Part shown: positions 44,337 through 55,421 of the stretch, in pieces | Position numbering within the stretch: position 1 is the first letter of the stretch | Layout: each line of letters begins with the position of its first letter | Assembly: GCA_965227405.1 (NCBI GenBank) | Contig: OZ245758.1 | Span: 2,387,153-2,451,152, forward strand | DNA: 64,000 nt | Direction: 5' to 3' | DNA from: Polyangiales bacterium | GTDB taxonomy: Bacteria > Myxococcota_A > Polyangia > Polyangiales > Houyiibacteriaceae | The notes under the pieces: generated by a model | What the model was told of the DNA's origin: nothing | The model's input: only the letters and a program-made list of their open reading frames with translations | The model's database searches: none | Translations under genes and position numbers: made by a program

Positions 44337-44459
44337 CCCTCGCGATCACTGATCGGCTTACACACTGGCTAAACTGGGATAGGCAACAGACTCTTAATCT
44401 GTGATTTGTTGGTTCGAATCCAACGTGAACATCACCAGCCGATCGAACTTGCGTGAGGG
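44337..44459 (+). ncRNA. 123-nt YrlA-like tRNA mimic (module 4, anticodon-loop CTCTTAA)
   Basis: The leader pairs with the trailer: CCCTCGCG (44337..44344) with TGCGTGAGGG (44450..44459), and ATCGGC (44352..44357) with GCCGAT (44438..44443). The core has TACACAC, a D-arm-like segment with GG, ACAGA-CTCTTAA-TCTGT, and GTTGG-TTCGAAT-CCAAC. Confidence 0.5.
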
Positions 44460-44469
44460 TGCCAAATTT

Positions 44470-44576
44470 CGCGCGCGTCCTAACAACTGGGACTTACACA
44501 CTGGCCTTGAAAGCCAACGGATTGAAACTCCGTCCCCTGCAAAGGGAACACAACGTCCCGGAAACTCACGCGCGCT
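44470..44576 (+). ncRNA. 107-nt Y-RNA-like module (module 4.5) with D- and anticodon-arm look-alikes but no T-arm
   Basis: GCGCGCG (44471..44477) pairs with CGCGCGC (44569..44575), and GGGAC (44489..44493) with GTCCC (44555..44559). The core has TACACAC, GGC-CTTGAAA-GCC, ACGGA-TTGAAAC-TCCGT, and a CCCT-GCAA-AGGG hairpin. Confidence 0.4.
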
Positions 44577-44588
44577 ATTCAAATCACC

Positions 44589-44711
44589 CCCTCGCGATCA
44601 CCTGCGCGGCTTACACACTCGCCTAACGGTAAGGCAACAGACTTCAACTCTGTCGATGTTGGTTCGATTCCAACGTGAAACCAAACACAGCCGTTCGAAC
44701 TTGCGTGAGGG
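44589..44711 (+). ncRNA. 123-nt YrlA-like tRNA mimic (module 5, anticodon-loop CTTCAAC)
   Basis: Paralog of module 4. CCCTCGCG (44589..44596) pairs with TGCGTGAGGG (44702..44711). The core has TACACAC, TC, a perfect D-arm GCCT-AACGGTA-AGGC, A, ACAGA-CTTCAAC-TCTGT, CGAT, and GTTGG-TTCGATT-CCAAC. Confidence 0.5.
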
Positions 44712-44760
44712 AAGCTTCTGGTCGTCTTTCAGATGACCTTCGTCTCGGTCCCCGACTTCA

Positions 44761-44824
44761 TCGACGTACACACAATCGGATCCTGGGGGCGAAAGCCCTC
44801 TGCATCATTGCGTAGAACCGTCGA
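44761..44824 (+). ncRNA. small helix-closed module (module 6) with TACACAC and a GAAA-tetraloop hairpin
   Basis: TCGACG (44761..44766) pairs with CGTCGA (44819..44824). TACACAC is at 44767. Contains the hairpin GGGGC-GAAA-GCCCT. Confidence 0.3.
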
Positions 44825-44886
44825 CGTAACTTGACCGAGCGTTGATCTGCAGCGTTCGTCTAATGCCAGGATGCCGGCCCTGTTAG

Positions 44887-46524
<1,638 letters not shown>

Positions 46525-46646
46525 TCGCAACAACAAACAAGAAACAAGGAATGCGAGTGCGATCTCAGATGGGGTCGCTTCGCGTTCCCGGTTTCGAACG
46601 CGTGCGCGGCAATCGCACGTTTCCTTGGAGTTCATCCGTGACTGAC

Positions 46647-47534
46647 ATGAAGACTGCTTACCGACTTGCGGCTGCGGCCGTTCGTCGTCGTTACGCCGAG
46701 CAGCGTCCGCACACGCTGGCTCGACTCAACGCGCTGACCAAGAGTGACGTCGCGGTTTACCGTGGCGTGCACGACCACGTGCAGGAAGTGCTCAACATCT
46801 TGGGTGTTCCGCACAGCATGGATCCCAAAAAGCTGGAGCACCGCATCGCGTTCGTGAACTGCACGAGCAAGATTGCGCACGTCGACAAGCTCGAGCGCTT
46901 TGCGCGCGAGGGTGGTCTCGTCGTGAGTTCCGACTGGGCGCTGCGCACGATCCAAAAGACGTTTCCGGGCATGATCCGCAAGGGCGGTTCACGCGCGACG
47001 GGTGACGAGGTTGTGGGTGTCGAAGCAACGGCCGACAGCCTTTGGTCCGAAGTTGTCGTGCTCGGTACCAATCCTCAGTGGTGGCTGGAGGGTGGCAGCG
47101 ATCCGATCGTGATCGATTCACCGGACAAGGTCGTCATCGAGGCTGCAAGCCACGAGATGTTGCAGCGTTACGCCGCACCGGTTGTCGCTGCATCGTTCCC
47201 GTGGGGAGCGGGTCACGTATTCCACGTGGTCAGCCACTTCTGGTTGAAGCGCACCCGTACCGCTGCAGGTCGTCACGCAGGACCCGCAGCCGATTTCATG
47301 CGGGCCGGTCTGAAGTTGAGCGAAGAGGGCATCGACGCCGTATTCGCGAAGACCAAGATCGACCCGAAGGCCGTGAGCTTCGCTTCGCTTCAGAGCGCGG
47401 CGACCGCCACCGAGCTCGTCGCGCGTTTGTGCGCAGACGGACTCGGCGCTCAACCCGGCCTGCCGTTTGTCCCCGCCTCCTCCGAGGCGGGGACCAACCC
47501 TTTCCTCGCCGCTCTCAAGCGCGCGTTTTCGTAA
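46647..47534 (+). CDS. hypothetical protein (unknown function), operonic with rsr
   Basis: Start ATG 46647 (MKTAYRLAAAAV), or GTG 46638 after GGAG. 295 aa with coding-like composition. No motif I can name. Confidence 0.6.
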   Translation: MKTAYRLAAAAVRRRYAEQRPHTLARLNALTKSDVAVYRGVHDHVQEVLNILGVPHSMDPKKLEHRIAFVNCTSKIAHVDKLERFAREGGLVVSSDWALRTIQKTFPGMIRKGGSRATGDEVVGVEATADSLWSEVVVLGTNPQWWLEGGSDPIVIDSPDKVVIEAASHEMLQRYAAPVVAASFPWGAGHVFHVVSHFWLKRTRTAAGRHAGPAADFMRAGLKLSEEGIDAVFAKTKIDPKAVSFASLQSAATATELVARLCADGLGAQPGLPFVPASSEAGTNPFLAALKRAFS

Positions 47535-47538
47535 TCCA

Positions 47539-48396
47539 ATGACGCATGTTCTGGACCTGATCGATCGGCTCGCCCGCGCAGAGGACGAGCTTCGTTCGCG
47601 GCGTTTTCTTTCGCCGTGCGTTCCGGGCGTGCGTCTGCGGGTGCGCATCGACGGCTTGGTGCACGCGTTTGCGCCGAACCCACCGCGCTACGCAGGTTGG
47701 GGGTTGTTCCAGCCGATCGACTCGAAGCGCGCACAGCTGGTGAAGCGTCCAGACGACGCGCTGGTGAATCGCTACCTCGAGCACCTTCCGTCCGAACGCT
47801 TCTACGCGGTCAAGCAGGCCAAGGGGAAGGCGTGGTGGGCGATGCCGCTGTCCGCAGAAGCTTTCCGTGCGCGTCACGGTCGCGATGGTCCGATCGTGGT
47901 GCACCTGTGCAAGAACGTCGCGTCGTTCGAGACGATCGTCGTGCGTTGGGACGGTGCGAGCTTCTGGTTCGACCAGGTCGATCGTTTTGCCGATCCGGTT
48001 CTGCCGGAGAAGCTGCGCGTTGGTTTCACCGAAGGCAAGGAGCTCGAAGAGCTTCAGCTTGCGGGCATCACTCCGGAGCTCGTCGACGCGTACGTGTGGG
48101 CGTCGCTTTGGGATGTCGAGCAGCGCAAGAAGAGCCTTGAGGGTTCGCTCGCGCACGCGCTCAAGATCGGTGGCGGCAAGCTCGTCACCTTTCGCGACAC
48201 CGACACGCACCTCGTGGTGGAGTGGCGGGATCGCTTGGGTCGTCGACACAGTTCGGCGATTCAGAAGAACGCACTGCAGGTGCAAAGCGCCGGTGCGGTG
48301 TGTCTCCAGGGTCGCGATGCGGACTTCGATCTCACGTCGCTCGTCGGTGTGATGGACGAAGCCCCGCAATACCTCGTCGACATGCTCGACGATTAG
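47539..48396 (+). CDS. hypothetical protein (unknown function), operonic with rsr
   Basis: Start ATG 47539 (MTHVLDLIDRLARAEDEL), 4 nt after the previous stop. 285 aa, no motif recognised. Confidence 0.6.
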   Translation: MTHVLDLIDRLARAEDELRSRRFLSPCVPGVRLRVRIDGLVHAFAPNPPRYAGWGLFQPIDSKRAQLVKRPDDALVNRYLEHLPSERFYAVKQAKGKAWWAMPLSAEAFRARHGRDGPIVVHLCKNVASFETIVVRWDGASFWFDQVDRFADPVLPEKLRVGFTEGKELEELQLAGITPELVDAYVWASLWDVEQRKKSLEGSLAHALKIGGGKLVTFRDTDTHLVVEWRDRLGRRHSSAIQKNALQVQSAGAVCLQGRDADFDLTSLVGVMDEAPQYLVDMLDD

Positions 48397-48531
48397 CTCA
48401 CCCAAATCCGTACTCCTGCGTGTTTGTTGGGAATGCGCAGAGTGCGGGGGTTTGGGCTCGTTTTGGAGGGAGTTCGGGTCAGATCTGACCCTGTCCCCAA
48501 AATCCTCCCCCGATTGTGCGGAGAGAGTCTG

Positions 48532-49164
48532 ATGTCGTTTTTGTTTCACGAAAAGTTGTCTCGCTCGGGTGCTGTTATGGCGAAGCTTCGTGCTGCGCAT
48601 GTGACGGTGTGTGGGGCGGGTGCGCTTGGAAGCCACGTCGTCGAAGGGCTTGCTCGCTCGGGCGTGGGTGGGCTTCGCGTGATTGATCGCGACAAGGTCG
48701 AAGAGCGCAATCTCTCGACTCAGCCGTGGACGCGTGCAGACATCGGGCAGCCGAAGGCGCGCCTGCTAGCGCACTCTGTCTTTCGCGCGGTTGGCGTGCA
48801 GGTCGACGCACGTGCGAAGGAACTCAACAGCGACAACGCACGCGCGTTGGTTCGCGGTAGCTCCGTGGTTGTCGACGCGTTCGACAACAGCGTGGGTCGT
48901 GCAGCGGTCAAGGCTGCAGCCGCCAAGCTCGGGCTGCCGTGTGTGCACGCCGGGATGGCAGGTGAGTACTCCGAGGTCGTGTGGGATCCGCACTACGTGG
49001 TTCCGAGTGCGACCAACGACGACGTTTGCGACTACCCGCTAGCGCGCAACTTGGCGATCTTGACGTCCGCGATCGCGGCGGAAACGGTGATCCGTTTCCT
49101 CGCTACCGGAGTGATGGAGAACCGCGCCCTGACGTTCGGCGATCTAAAGCTGACGACCCACTGA
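48532..49164 (+). CDS. small ThiF/MoeB/E1-like adenylyltransferase
   Basis: Start ATG 48532 (MSFLFHEKLSRSG). Rossmann Gly loop VTVCGAGALGSHVVEGLARSGVG, then RVIDRDKVEERNLSTQ (the DxDxV..sNL.RQ pattern of E1-like enzymes). Only 210 aa, so it has no rhodanese or extra C-terminal domain. Confidence 0.75.
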   Translation: MSFLFHEKLSRSGAVMAKLRAAHVTVCGAGALGSHVVEGLARSGVGGLRVIDRDKVEERNLSTQPWTRADIGQPKARLLAHSVFRAVGVQVDARAKELNSDNARALVRGSSVVVDAFDNSVGRAAVKAAAAKLGLPCVHAGMAGEYSEVVWDPHYVVPSATNDDVCDYPLARNLAILTSAIAAETVIRFLATGVMENRALTFGDLKLTTH

Positions 49165-49305
49165 GGTTAGGCCGGGACCGGTTCCGGAGCCTCGTTTGCG
49201 CCAACGTGTTCGGCTCACGACACGACAAGGCACGAAGCGGCACAATCGCCCATATGAAATTACTGAGTTTTTAGATGGCACGTGCCGTGCTCTATGTGAC
49301 CCCAG

Positions 49306-50115
49306 ATGGCACAGGCACCCCGCTTCGAACCGCTTGGACAAGGCGCGTTCACCAAAACCCACGCTGAGTTCACCGACATCGACACGTTTGACTGGGTGGC
49401 ACTCGAGGCGTCCGCGAAGACGTTCGACGCGCACACGCGTGAACGCGGTCGTCGTGCGTTTGTGCTGCGCGCACTGGACGAACAACGCAGCGTTGTGGCG
49501 TTTAGTGAGCTGCTCACAGAACTCTGTCTGTCCGGAGCACCCATTGAAGTCATTGGTTCGCTGACCCGCGTTGTTCGCGACGAAGCGTTGCACGTCGACA
49601 TGTGCGACCGCGTAGTCAAAGCGCTCGGCGGGTGGGACGAGAAGTCCCCGCAGCCAACCTGGGTACGCAGCAATAAGAAGCTCCCGCTCAAACTTCGCGT
49701 GCTCCAAACGGTTCTGGGTTCGCTGTGCGTCGGGGAGACGATCAGCGTGCACATGATCAAGGGGGTTCGCGAGCATGCCAGCGAACCGGTGATCCACGCG
49801 TTGCTGACGCGACTGCTTGCCGACGAGTCGTACCACTCGCGCATTGGCTGGTGGTGGTTGCGCGAGATCGAAATGAGCGACGAAGAGCGCACGTTTGCGA
49901 AGCGTTACGTCGCGAAGATGTTGCCGCACATCATCAAGACGATGCGGCCGAAGCTCAACGGCAAGAAGCACACGTATTCGCCGTTTGGGTCCATGAGTGC
50001 AGAAGAACGGCTCGATGCGTTCGACGCAGCGATGCACAAGACGATCTTGCCGGGGTTTGATGCCGCTGGACTCGAGGCTTCAGCGATTTGGAATGAGCTT
50101 GGGAGGGCTGCTTAG
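49306..50115 (+). CDS. ferritin-like (di-iron carboxylate) superfamily protein
   Basis: 269 aa, helical. Two ExxH motifs (RDEALH, ADESYH) spaced as in ferritin-like four-helix bundles. Confidence 0.5.
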   Translation: MAQAPRFEPLGQGAFTKTHAEFTDIDTFDWVALEASAKTFDAHTRERGRRAFVLRALDEQRSVVAFSELLTELCLSGAPIEVIGSLTRVVRDEALHVDMCDRVVKALGGWDEKSPQPTWVRSNKKLPLKLRVLQTVLGSLCVGETISVHMIKGVREHASEPVIHALLTRLLADESYHSRIGWWWLREIEMSDEERTFAKRYVAKMLPHIIKTMRPKLNGKKHTYSPFGSMSAEERLDAFDAAMHKTILPGFDAAGLEASAIWNELGRAA

Positions 50116-50116
50116 G

Positions 50117-50950
50117 ATGAGATTGGACCGGAAAAACAACGCGCTTGAGACGATCTTGATGATCGCGCGTTCGGCGACTCGCACGATCACGATGTCGTCG
50201 GTCGGGACTGCGCTTGCTGTGTTGCTGAGTGTTGGAGGCTGTTCTCAGTCGCATACAAACCTGCCGGACTTGGACGGCGACGGCTACACGCAGGCGACGG
50301 ACTGCAATGACGAGGATCCATCGATTCATCCCGGTGCTCTGGATCCGGAGTGTCCGGATGGAATCGACCAGGATTGCGACGGACACGATGGTGACCCATT
50401 CATCGCCTGCAACTTCTTCCCGCTCGACCGGGACGGAGACGGCTACGAGGAAGGCCACGATTGCAACGACTCCGACCCCACGGTGTATCCCGGTGCACCT
50501 GAAGATTGCTGCACGACAGTCGACAACAACTGCGATGGGATCATCGGGCCTACGGAAGACATCATCTGCAACTGCTTCTTTGGGGAGGATGCGGACGGAG
50601 ACGGCTTCTTCACATTCTCAGACTTCGGCGCGCCTGCTGACTGTGACGACAGCGATCCCGCAATCCACCCTGAGGCCGAAGAGATCTGCGGCAACGATAT
50701 CGACGAGAACTGCGATGGCGTCGCGGAACCATGCGTTGTGGTCAATCCACTGCCTGATGCGGACGGGGACGGCTACACCGCCGATGTCGATTGTGACGAC
50801 TCGAATCCGTACACAAACCCCGGCGCCACCGAAGAGTGCTGGGACGGAATCGACAACAACTGCAACGGGCTCGTCGATGAAGAGCCTCCAGAAGGCTGCG
50901 TGATTCTCAACGGAATGCGCGACGTCGAACTCGACGCAGAACACGCCTAA
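50117..50950 (+). CDS. lipoprotein with repeated putative metal-binding (MopE-like) motifs
   Basis: ATG 50117 follows GGGAGGG. Lipobox LLSVGGC. Six or more units of DGDGY....DC(N/D)D.DP..(H/Y)PGA.E.C...D.(D/N)CDG. Confidence 0.65.
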   Translation: MRLDRKNNALETILMIARSATRTITMSSVGTALAVLLSVGGCSQSHTNLPDLDGDGYTQATDCNDEDPSIHPGALDPECPDGIDQDCDGHDGDPFIACNFFPLDRDGDGYEEGHDCNDSDPTVYPGAPEDCCTTVDNNCDGIIGPTEDIICNCFFGEDADGDGFFTFSDFGAPADCDDSDPAIHPEAEEICGNDIDENCDGVAEPCVVVNPLPDADGDGYTADVDCDDSNPYTNPGATEECWDGIDNNCNGLVDEEPPEGCVILNGMRDVELDAEHA

Positions 50951-51087
50951 ACGAGTACTCGCCACTCCACCGTGGCGATACGCAGAAGCACTCCACCAAC
51001 CGCTCTGCAACACCCCAGCGGTCGCGACTCCACCGTCGCGGCCGCACCTAATTCTGCGCCGCAATTGGGTTTTGTTAGCATCGCGGC

Positions 51088-52038
51088 ATGTGGCGCTGTG
51101 TGCTCGTACTCGCGTTGTTGTTGCCCACGATGGCAGCAGCCCAAACCGAAGACGATCTCTATCGAGGTACCTCGGACTGGAGCGGTGACGGCGAAGAGGA
51201 CGAAGCTCAGGACCAAGCCCCGGAACAAGCAGGGGCATACCCCACGCGCTACACGGCGCGCCCACTCACGCTCAATCGCTTTCAGCTTCGCGGCGACGGT
51301 GTCGTGTTGATCTATCGACGCCCCGACGTCTCCATCGCGGATGAAGACAACGTTGCCAGCTCGTTGGCCTTGGGTGGAGCCATCGGCATCACCGACGATT
51401 TTGAGATCGGCTTGAGTGGCGAGCGGCTAGGCAGTCCGCGGAACTTTCCACTTCTTTGGCCGGATCGTGGAGTCGGTGAAGGGTTGATCTCGCTACACTT
51501 TTCACCCGATTTCGACTTTGGAGACATCCCGCTCTACGCGCGCTTCCGTTTTCTCGACGAGTGGATTCAGATCGCTGCCGAAGTTGGTGTTCTGATTCCC
51601 GCCAACACCGACGCGCAAATTCGTTTTGGTGTTCCGGTGCGTTTGGGGTTCACGGACGCCTTTGCGATCGATACGGGAATTGCGTTTGGGTTGGTGTTCG
51701 CGGACTCACCCAGCGATCCCGGCGATGACTTCTTCGCGACCATGGACGTGCCGATTCGCATTTTGGTCAGTCCGATCGAGGCGCTCACACTTGGGCTCTA
51801 CACCGCGCTTCGTTTCGTGGAGTTCGACAAAGACTTCTTCGCAATTCCACTCGGGTTTGAAGGAATCGTCTCGATGGAGATGGGTTCGTTGCTGTTCGAC
51901 TTCTTCGCCGGGTTCGAGTGGCCGACGTTCTTGCTGCCAAGTGACGACAACGACAAAGCGCGTTTGGGAACGTGGATCATCAACGCCGGCGCACGCGTGC
52001 ACTTTCAGGTGGGCGGCTCCAACGACGAAGAGATCTGA
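51088..52038 (+). CDS. hypothetical secreted protein (possible beta-barrel)
   Basis: Signal peptide MWRCVLVLALLLPTMAAAQ. The body alternates Gly and aromatic-rich segments. Confidence 0.5.
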   Translation: MWRCVLVLALLLPTMAAAQTEDDLYRGTSDWSGDGEEDEAQDQAPEQAGAYPTRYTARPLTLNRFQLRGDGVVLIYRRPDVSIADEDNVASSLALGGAIGITDDFEIGLSGERLGSPRNFPLLWPDRGVGEGLISLHFSPDFDFGDIPLYARFRFLDEWIQIAAEVGVLIPANTDAQIRFGVPVRLGFTDAFAIDTGIAFGLVFADSPSDPGDDFFATMDVPIRILVSPIEALTLGLYTALRFVEFDKDFFAIPLGFEGIVSMEMGSLLFDFFAGFEWPTFLLPSDDNDKARLGTWIINAGARVHFQVGGSNDEEI

Positions 52039-52730
52039 GTCCGCGCCAACATCCGCGGCGCGTAGGTGAGCGCGACAAGTACGGCGGCGCCCACCACGAA
52101 TCCTGCCACCACGAGAGACTGGTCAAACACGCGTATGCCGGGCAGTGCGTCGGCGGCCACGCCGATCCACACGACCACAACGCCAAGGTTGAAACCCGTG
52201 AAGAGCGTTTCCGCAAAGCGCAACATCGCGACGTGACGCGGTTCATCGCTCAGCATGCGAAGCACGAGCTCAATGCATGCTGTGTTGAACGCCAGAAGTG
52301 CCAGAGCCCACCACAACGTGGAAGGCGACGCGTACCCGCTGTCGTGTACGCCGGTCCAATAGAGTCGGACGATGCCGGGTAGCTTTGGCAGCAACCACCA
52401 AAACGCGAGTGTGGCGAGCGCGATGGACCCGGCGTTGATGACCAGATGCGCGGTCGATCGACCCTCCGCAGGACCGGTGACGCGCGAAGCAACGCCCAAA
52501 ACAAGTGCGGGACACATCGCCCCAAATGCAGCGCACGCGAGAACTTCGTGCGGGAGCTCGCGCCAGTAGAGCCCCACGGCACCGAGGAGACCGAAGAGCA
52601 CCGTCGTTGTTCGAACAACGGCGAACACCGTGCGCTTGTCGCGGAGTCGACGCTCGGCATCGCGAAGGACCAACGCCATCGAGACGCCAACCACCAACAC
52701 GCACACCATTCGAAAGCCCGCGCCGAGCAC
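52005..52730 (-). CDS. hypothetical polytopic membrane protein
   Basis: 241 aa with at least 7 hydrophobic segments. Convergent 34-nt overlap with the previous gene. Confidence 0.5.
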   Translation of the reverse strand: MLGAGFRMVCVLVVGVSMALVLRDAERRLRDKRTVFAVVRTTTVLFGLLGAVGLYWRELPHEVLACAAFGAMCPALVLGVASRVTGPAEGRSTAHLVINAGSIALATLAFWWLLPKLPGIVRLYWTGVHDSGYASPSTLWWALALLAFNTACIELVLRMLSDEPRHVAMLRFAETLFTGFNLGVVVVWIGVAADALPGIRVFDQSLVVAGFVVGAAVLVALTYAPRMLARTQISSSLEPPT

Positions 52731-52832
52731 ACGCGAAGCCTAGTCGATCGTCGAGGCTTGGCGCGTCTAGTGCCAACACGAAAAAGGCGGAGACCCCGAA
52801 GAGCCCGCCAAACATGTGGCGTTTGTAGCAGG

Positions 52833-53489
52833 TTAGACGTCGACACCGACCGGACAGCTCACTCCGGTTCCACCGAGGCCGCAGTATCCGCTCGGGTTCT
52901 TCCCCAAGTACTGCTGGTGGTACGCCTCGGCGTAGTAGAAGGGCGGCACGTCCACGATCTCGGTCGTGATGTCTTTGTGGCCCGCCGCGTTGAGCTTCTC
53001 TTGGTAGAGCGCCTTGCTCTTCTCCGCCGCAGCACGCTGACCTTCGTACACGTAGATCCCACTTCGGTACTGCGTGCCTTTGTCCGCACCTTGGCGCATG
53101 CCTTGCGTCGGGTTGTGACTTTCCCAAAACGTCCGCAACAACTGGTCGTAGCTAACCTTGGTCGGATCAAACACCACGCGCACAACTTCGTTGTGACCGG
53201 TCAGTCCCGTGCAGACTTCTTCATAAGTCGGATTCGGTGTCAGCCCGGCGGCGTATCCAACCTGCGTCGAGTACACGCCCTCGAGCTGCCAGAACTTTCG
53301 TTCGGCTCCCCAGAAACAACCCAGGCCGAACATGGCGAGTTGCATTCCCTCCGGCCACGGCGCCACCAGCGAGTTGCCGTTGATGAAGTGCTTGTCGGGC
53401 ACGGGAATCGGGGCATCGCGCCCGGGCAAAGCCTGCTCGCGAGTGGGAAGTTGCAGCTTGGGAAAGAAAAGACCCATGCCCACAAGCAT
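52833..53489 (-). CDS. msrA: peptide-methionine (S)-S-oxide reductase
   Basis: GCFWGAE active-site motif, GYAGG-like [22 protein letters not shown], and a C-terminal YHQQYL. Confidence 0.9.
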   Translation of the reverse strand: MLVGMGLFFPKLQLPTREQALPGRDAPIPVPDKHFINGNSLVAPWPEGMQLAMFGLGCFWGAERKFWQLEGVYSTQVGYAAGLTPNPTYEEVCTGLTGHNEVVRVVFDPTKVSYDQLLRTFWESHNPTQGMRQGADKGTQYRSGIYVYEGQRAAAEKSKALYQEKLNAAGHKDITTEIVDVPPFYYAEAYHQQYLGKNPSGYCGLGGTGVSCPVGVDV

Positions 53490-53538
53490 GGCGCCAACAC
53501 TCGCGAGGTCAATCCGCTATAGTCGCCAGCGAGTTCGG

Positions 53539-54033
53539 ATGTTTCGTGGAGCGCGAATGTGGGGGACGTATCTCGCGACCCTCTGCGGCAGCTTGGTGGC
53601 GTTGATCGTCTATGGCGCCGCGAATCCAAGTGGCGCGGTGTACGCGTCGACACGAGTCGTGTTTAAGCCTGCATGTCACCAGATGGTGGAGCGCTCGTTT
53701 CTCTGGGGCGAGACACCGTTTGCGGTGTGCCACCGCTGCTTTGGCATCTACGTCGGTTTGATGATCGGCGGCACGATCGCAGCGATGGGATTTCGCGCAG
53801 ACGCGGGTAGCAGGAAGCTGTGGATCGCCGCAACGGCCCCCATGCTGGTACACGTCATCGCACTCAATATTTTTCCGGCTGTCGACTGGTGGTGGATGCG
53901 AGTCGGTACCGGCGCTCTATTTGGCGTCTGGGGAGCGTGGGCGCTTTCGCTCGCGCTCGGCCAGGCGTTTGAAACTCCGTTTCCTTCGTTGAGGTTTTCG
54001 CGAAAGCCTCTTGAAAGGTCCCAAGGCACGTGA
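53539..54033 (+). CDS. DUF2085-like membrane protein
   Basis: Start at MFRGARMWGTY. CHQMVERSF....FAVCHRCFGIY Cys pattern plus 4 TM segments. Confidence 0.6.
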   Translation: MFRGARMWGTYLATLCGSLVALIVYGAANPSGAVYASTRVVFKPACHQMVERSFLWGETPFAVCHRCFGIYVGLMIGGTIAAMGFRADAGSRKLWIAATAPMLVHVIALNIFPAVDWWWMRVGTGALFGVWGAWALSLALGQAFETPFPSLRFSRKPLERSQGT

Positions 54034-54737
54034 CGAACAAACAATTCTACATCCCGTGGGTGCTCATCTTCGGCGCAGGCGCCGGCGTGTTGAGCATCAT
54101 TCCCATCATCAACTTGCTGAACTGTTTGTTCTGCGGGTGGATGCTTCTCGGTGCGATGTTCGCAGTGAAGATGGTCAGCGATAAGGCCAACGCGAACATC
54201 GAACTCGGCGAGGGTGCGATCATCGGCGTGTTGACCGGCTTGGTCACCGGCGTCATCGCAGGCGGCTTCGGCGCGCTTCAAGCCGGTGCACAGATGGGCG
54301 CGATGCAGCAAGCCTTCTCGCAGTTCGGTGGGCGCAGCCCGCTTGGCGGAATGGGCACTGGCGGCATCGTGATGATGTCACTTTGCATCTCGATTCTGCT
54401 CTATCCGGTGTTTGGCGCGATCGGTGGTCTGATCGGTGCCGCTGTGTTCAAGAAGAACACGCCTTACGGTGGACCGCCTCCCGGCGGCGGCGGATTTGGT
54501 GGACCTCCTGGTGGACCGCCCGCGGGTGGACCGCCCCAAGGTGGACCGCCCCAAGGTGGGTTTGGCGGACCTCCTCAAGGTGGCGGTGGATTCGGTGGAC
54601 CTCCCCAGGGCGGCGGCGGATTTGGCGGACCTCCTCAGGGTGGCGGCGGATTCGGCGGACCTCCCCAGGGTGGCGGCGGATTTGGCGGACCGCCTCAGGG
54701 TGGTCAAGGCGGTGGCGGCATGGGTCCGCCCGTCTGA
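54030..54737 (+). CDS. membrane protein with C-terminal GGFGGPPQGG tandem repeats
   Basis: GTGA overlap with the upstream gene. Four TM segments, then five near-identical 30-nt units (about 54556..54700). Confidence 0.55.
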   Translation: MTNKQFYIPWVLIFGAGAGVLSIIPIINLLNCLFCGWMLLGAMFAVKMVSDKANANIELGEGAIIGVLTGLVTGVIAGGFGALQAGAQMGAMQQAFSQFGGRSPLGGMGTGGIVMMSLCISILLYPVFGAIGGLIGAAVFKKNTPYGGPPPGGGGFGGPPGGPPAGGPPQGGPPQGGFGGPPQGGGGFGGPPQGGGGFGGPPQGGGGFGGPPQGGGGFGGPPQGGQGGGGMGPPV

Positions 54738-54794
54738 TTCCGAACACTCGTTCGTGGAAGCCGCGGTTCGTTCATTCGAATCGCGGTTTTCTAA

Positions 54795-55409
54795 TTGGGG
54801 GCGCGACCTTATGTTGCCCTCGTGTTCCGCACGGGTCTTTGGACAGTCGGTCGTTGGCGAGGCGTTCCGATCCGACTGCATTGGTCGATCCCTTTAGGCG
54901 CACTCTTCTTTGGACACTTCGAGTTCGTTCCTGGGTTCTGGCTCGGGTTCATCTTGTTGGTGCTCTTCCACGAGCTGGGACACGCGTACCTTGCCCATCG
55001 TCGCCAACTGGGTGTGCTCGAAGTTCAAGTCCATGGACTGGGCGGCGTGTGCGTGCACGAACGCGGAGGCGCATATGACAACGCGATCGTCGCGTGGGGC
55101 GGCGTGCTCGCGCAGGCGCTCTTTCTGATTCCAGCGTTTGCGATCACCCGCTTTGTTGAGGTGACCAACGTGTACGCAGCACAACTCTTGTGGGCGTTCA
55201 CCACGACGAACTTGTGGCTGATCGGACTGAACCTGATTCCGATCGAACCTCTGGATGGCGCCAAGGCATGGCAGCTGCCTCGGTTGTGGCGTGAGCGTCG
55301 TCGGCGACGAAAGCCCAAGCCCAAACCTGTCCCTGCGGATGAAGATCCGATCGCCGCCGCAAAGCAACTCGCACAACAGGCCCTCGACGACGCGAAACGG
55401 AAGAACTAA
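54795..55409 (+). CDS. M50 (site-2 protease-like) family metallopeptidase, short form
   Basis: HELGH in a TM helix and NLIPIEPLDG downstream. Basic C-terminal tail. Confidence 0.6.
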   Translation: MGARPYVALVFRTGLWTVGRWRGVPIRLHWSIPLGALFFGHFEFVPGFWLGFILLVLFHELGHAYLAHRRQLGVLEVQVHGLGGVCVHERGGAYDNAIVAWGGVLAQALFLIPAFAITRFVEVTNVYAAQLLWAFTTTNLWLIGLNLIPIEPLDGAKAWQLPRLWRERRRRRKPKPKPVPADEDPIAAAKQLAQQALDDAKRKN

Positions 55410-55421
55410 CCGCGTTCGCGG

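Noticed and set aside
44589-44711. Module 5 as a tRNA-Sec or opal-suppressor tRNA because of the TCA anticodon
   Set aside because: It has a short 4-nt variable region and no extended acceptor/T-stem geometry as in tRNA-Sec. Only 3 bp of acceptor pairing remain. No selA/selB/selD genes are in the window.
46647-48396. Assigning the two unknown rsr-linked proteins as E2-like, JAB-like or glutamine-amidotransferase-like
   Set aside because: I found no HPN+Cys (UBC), JAMM (HxH...SxxD) or Cys-His-Glu triad pattern by eye. A vague resemblance of ...FAREGGLVVSSDWA to GATase1-like/DUF4159 proteins is too weak to call.
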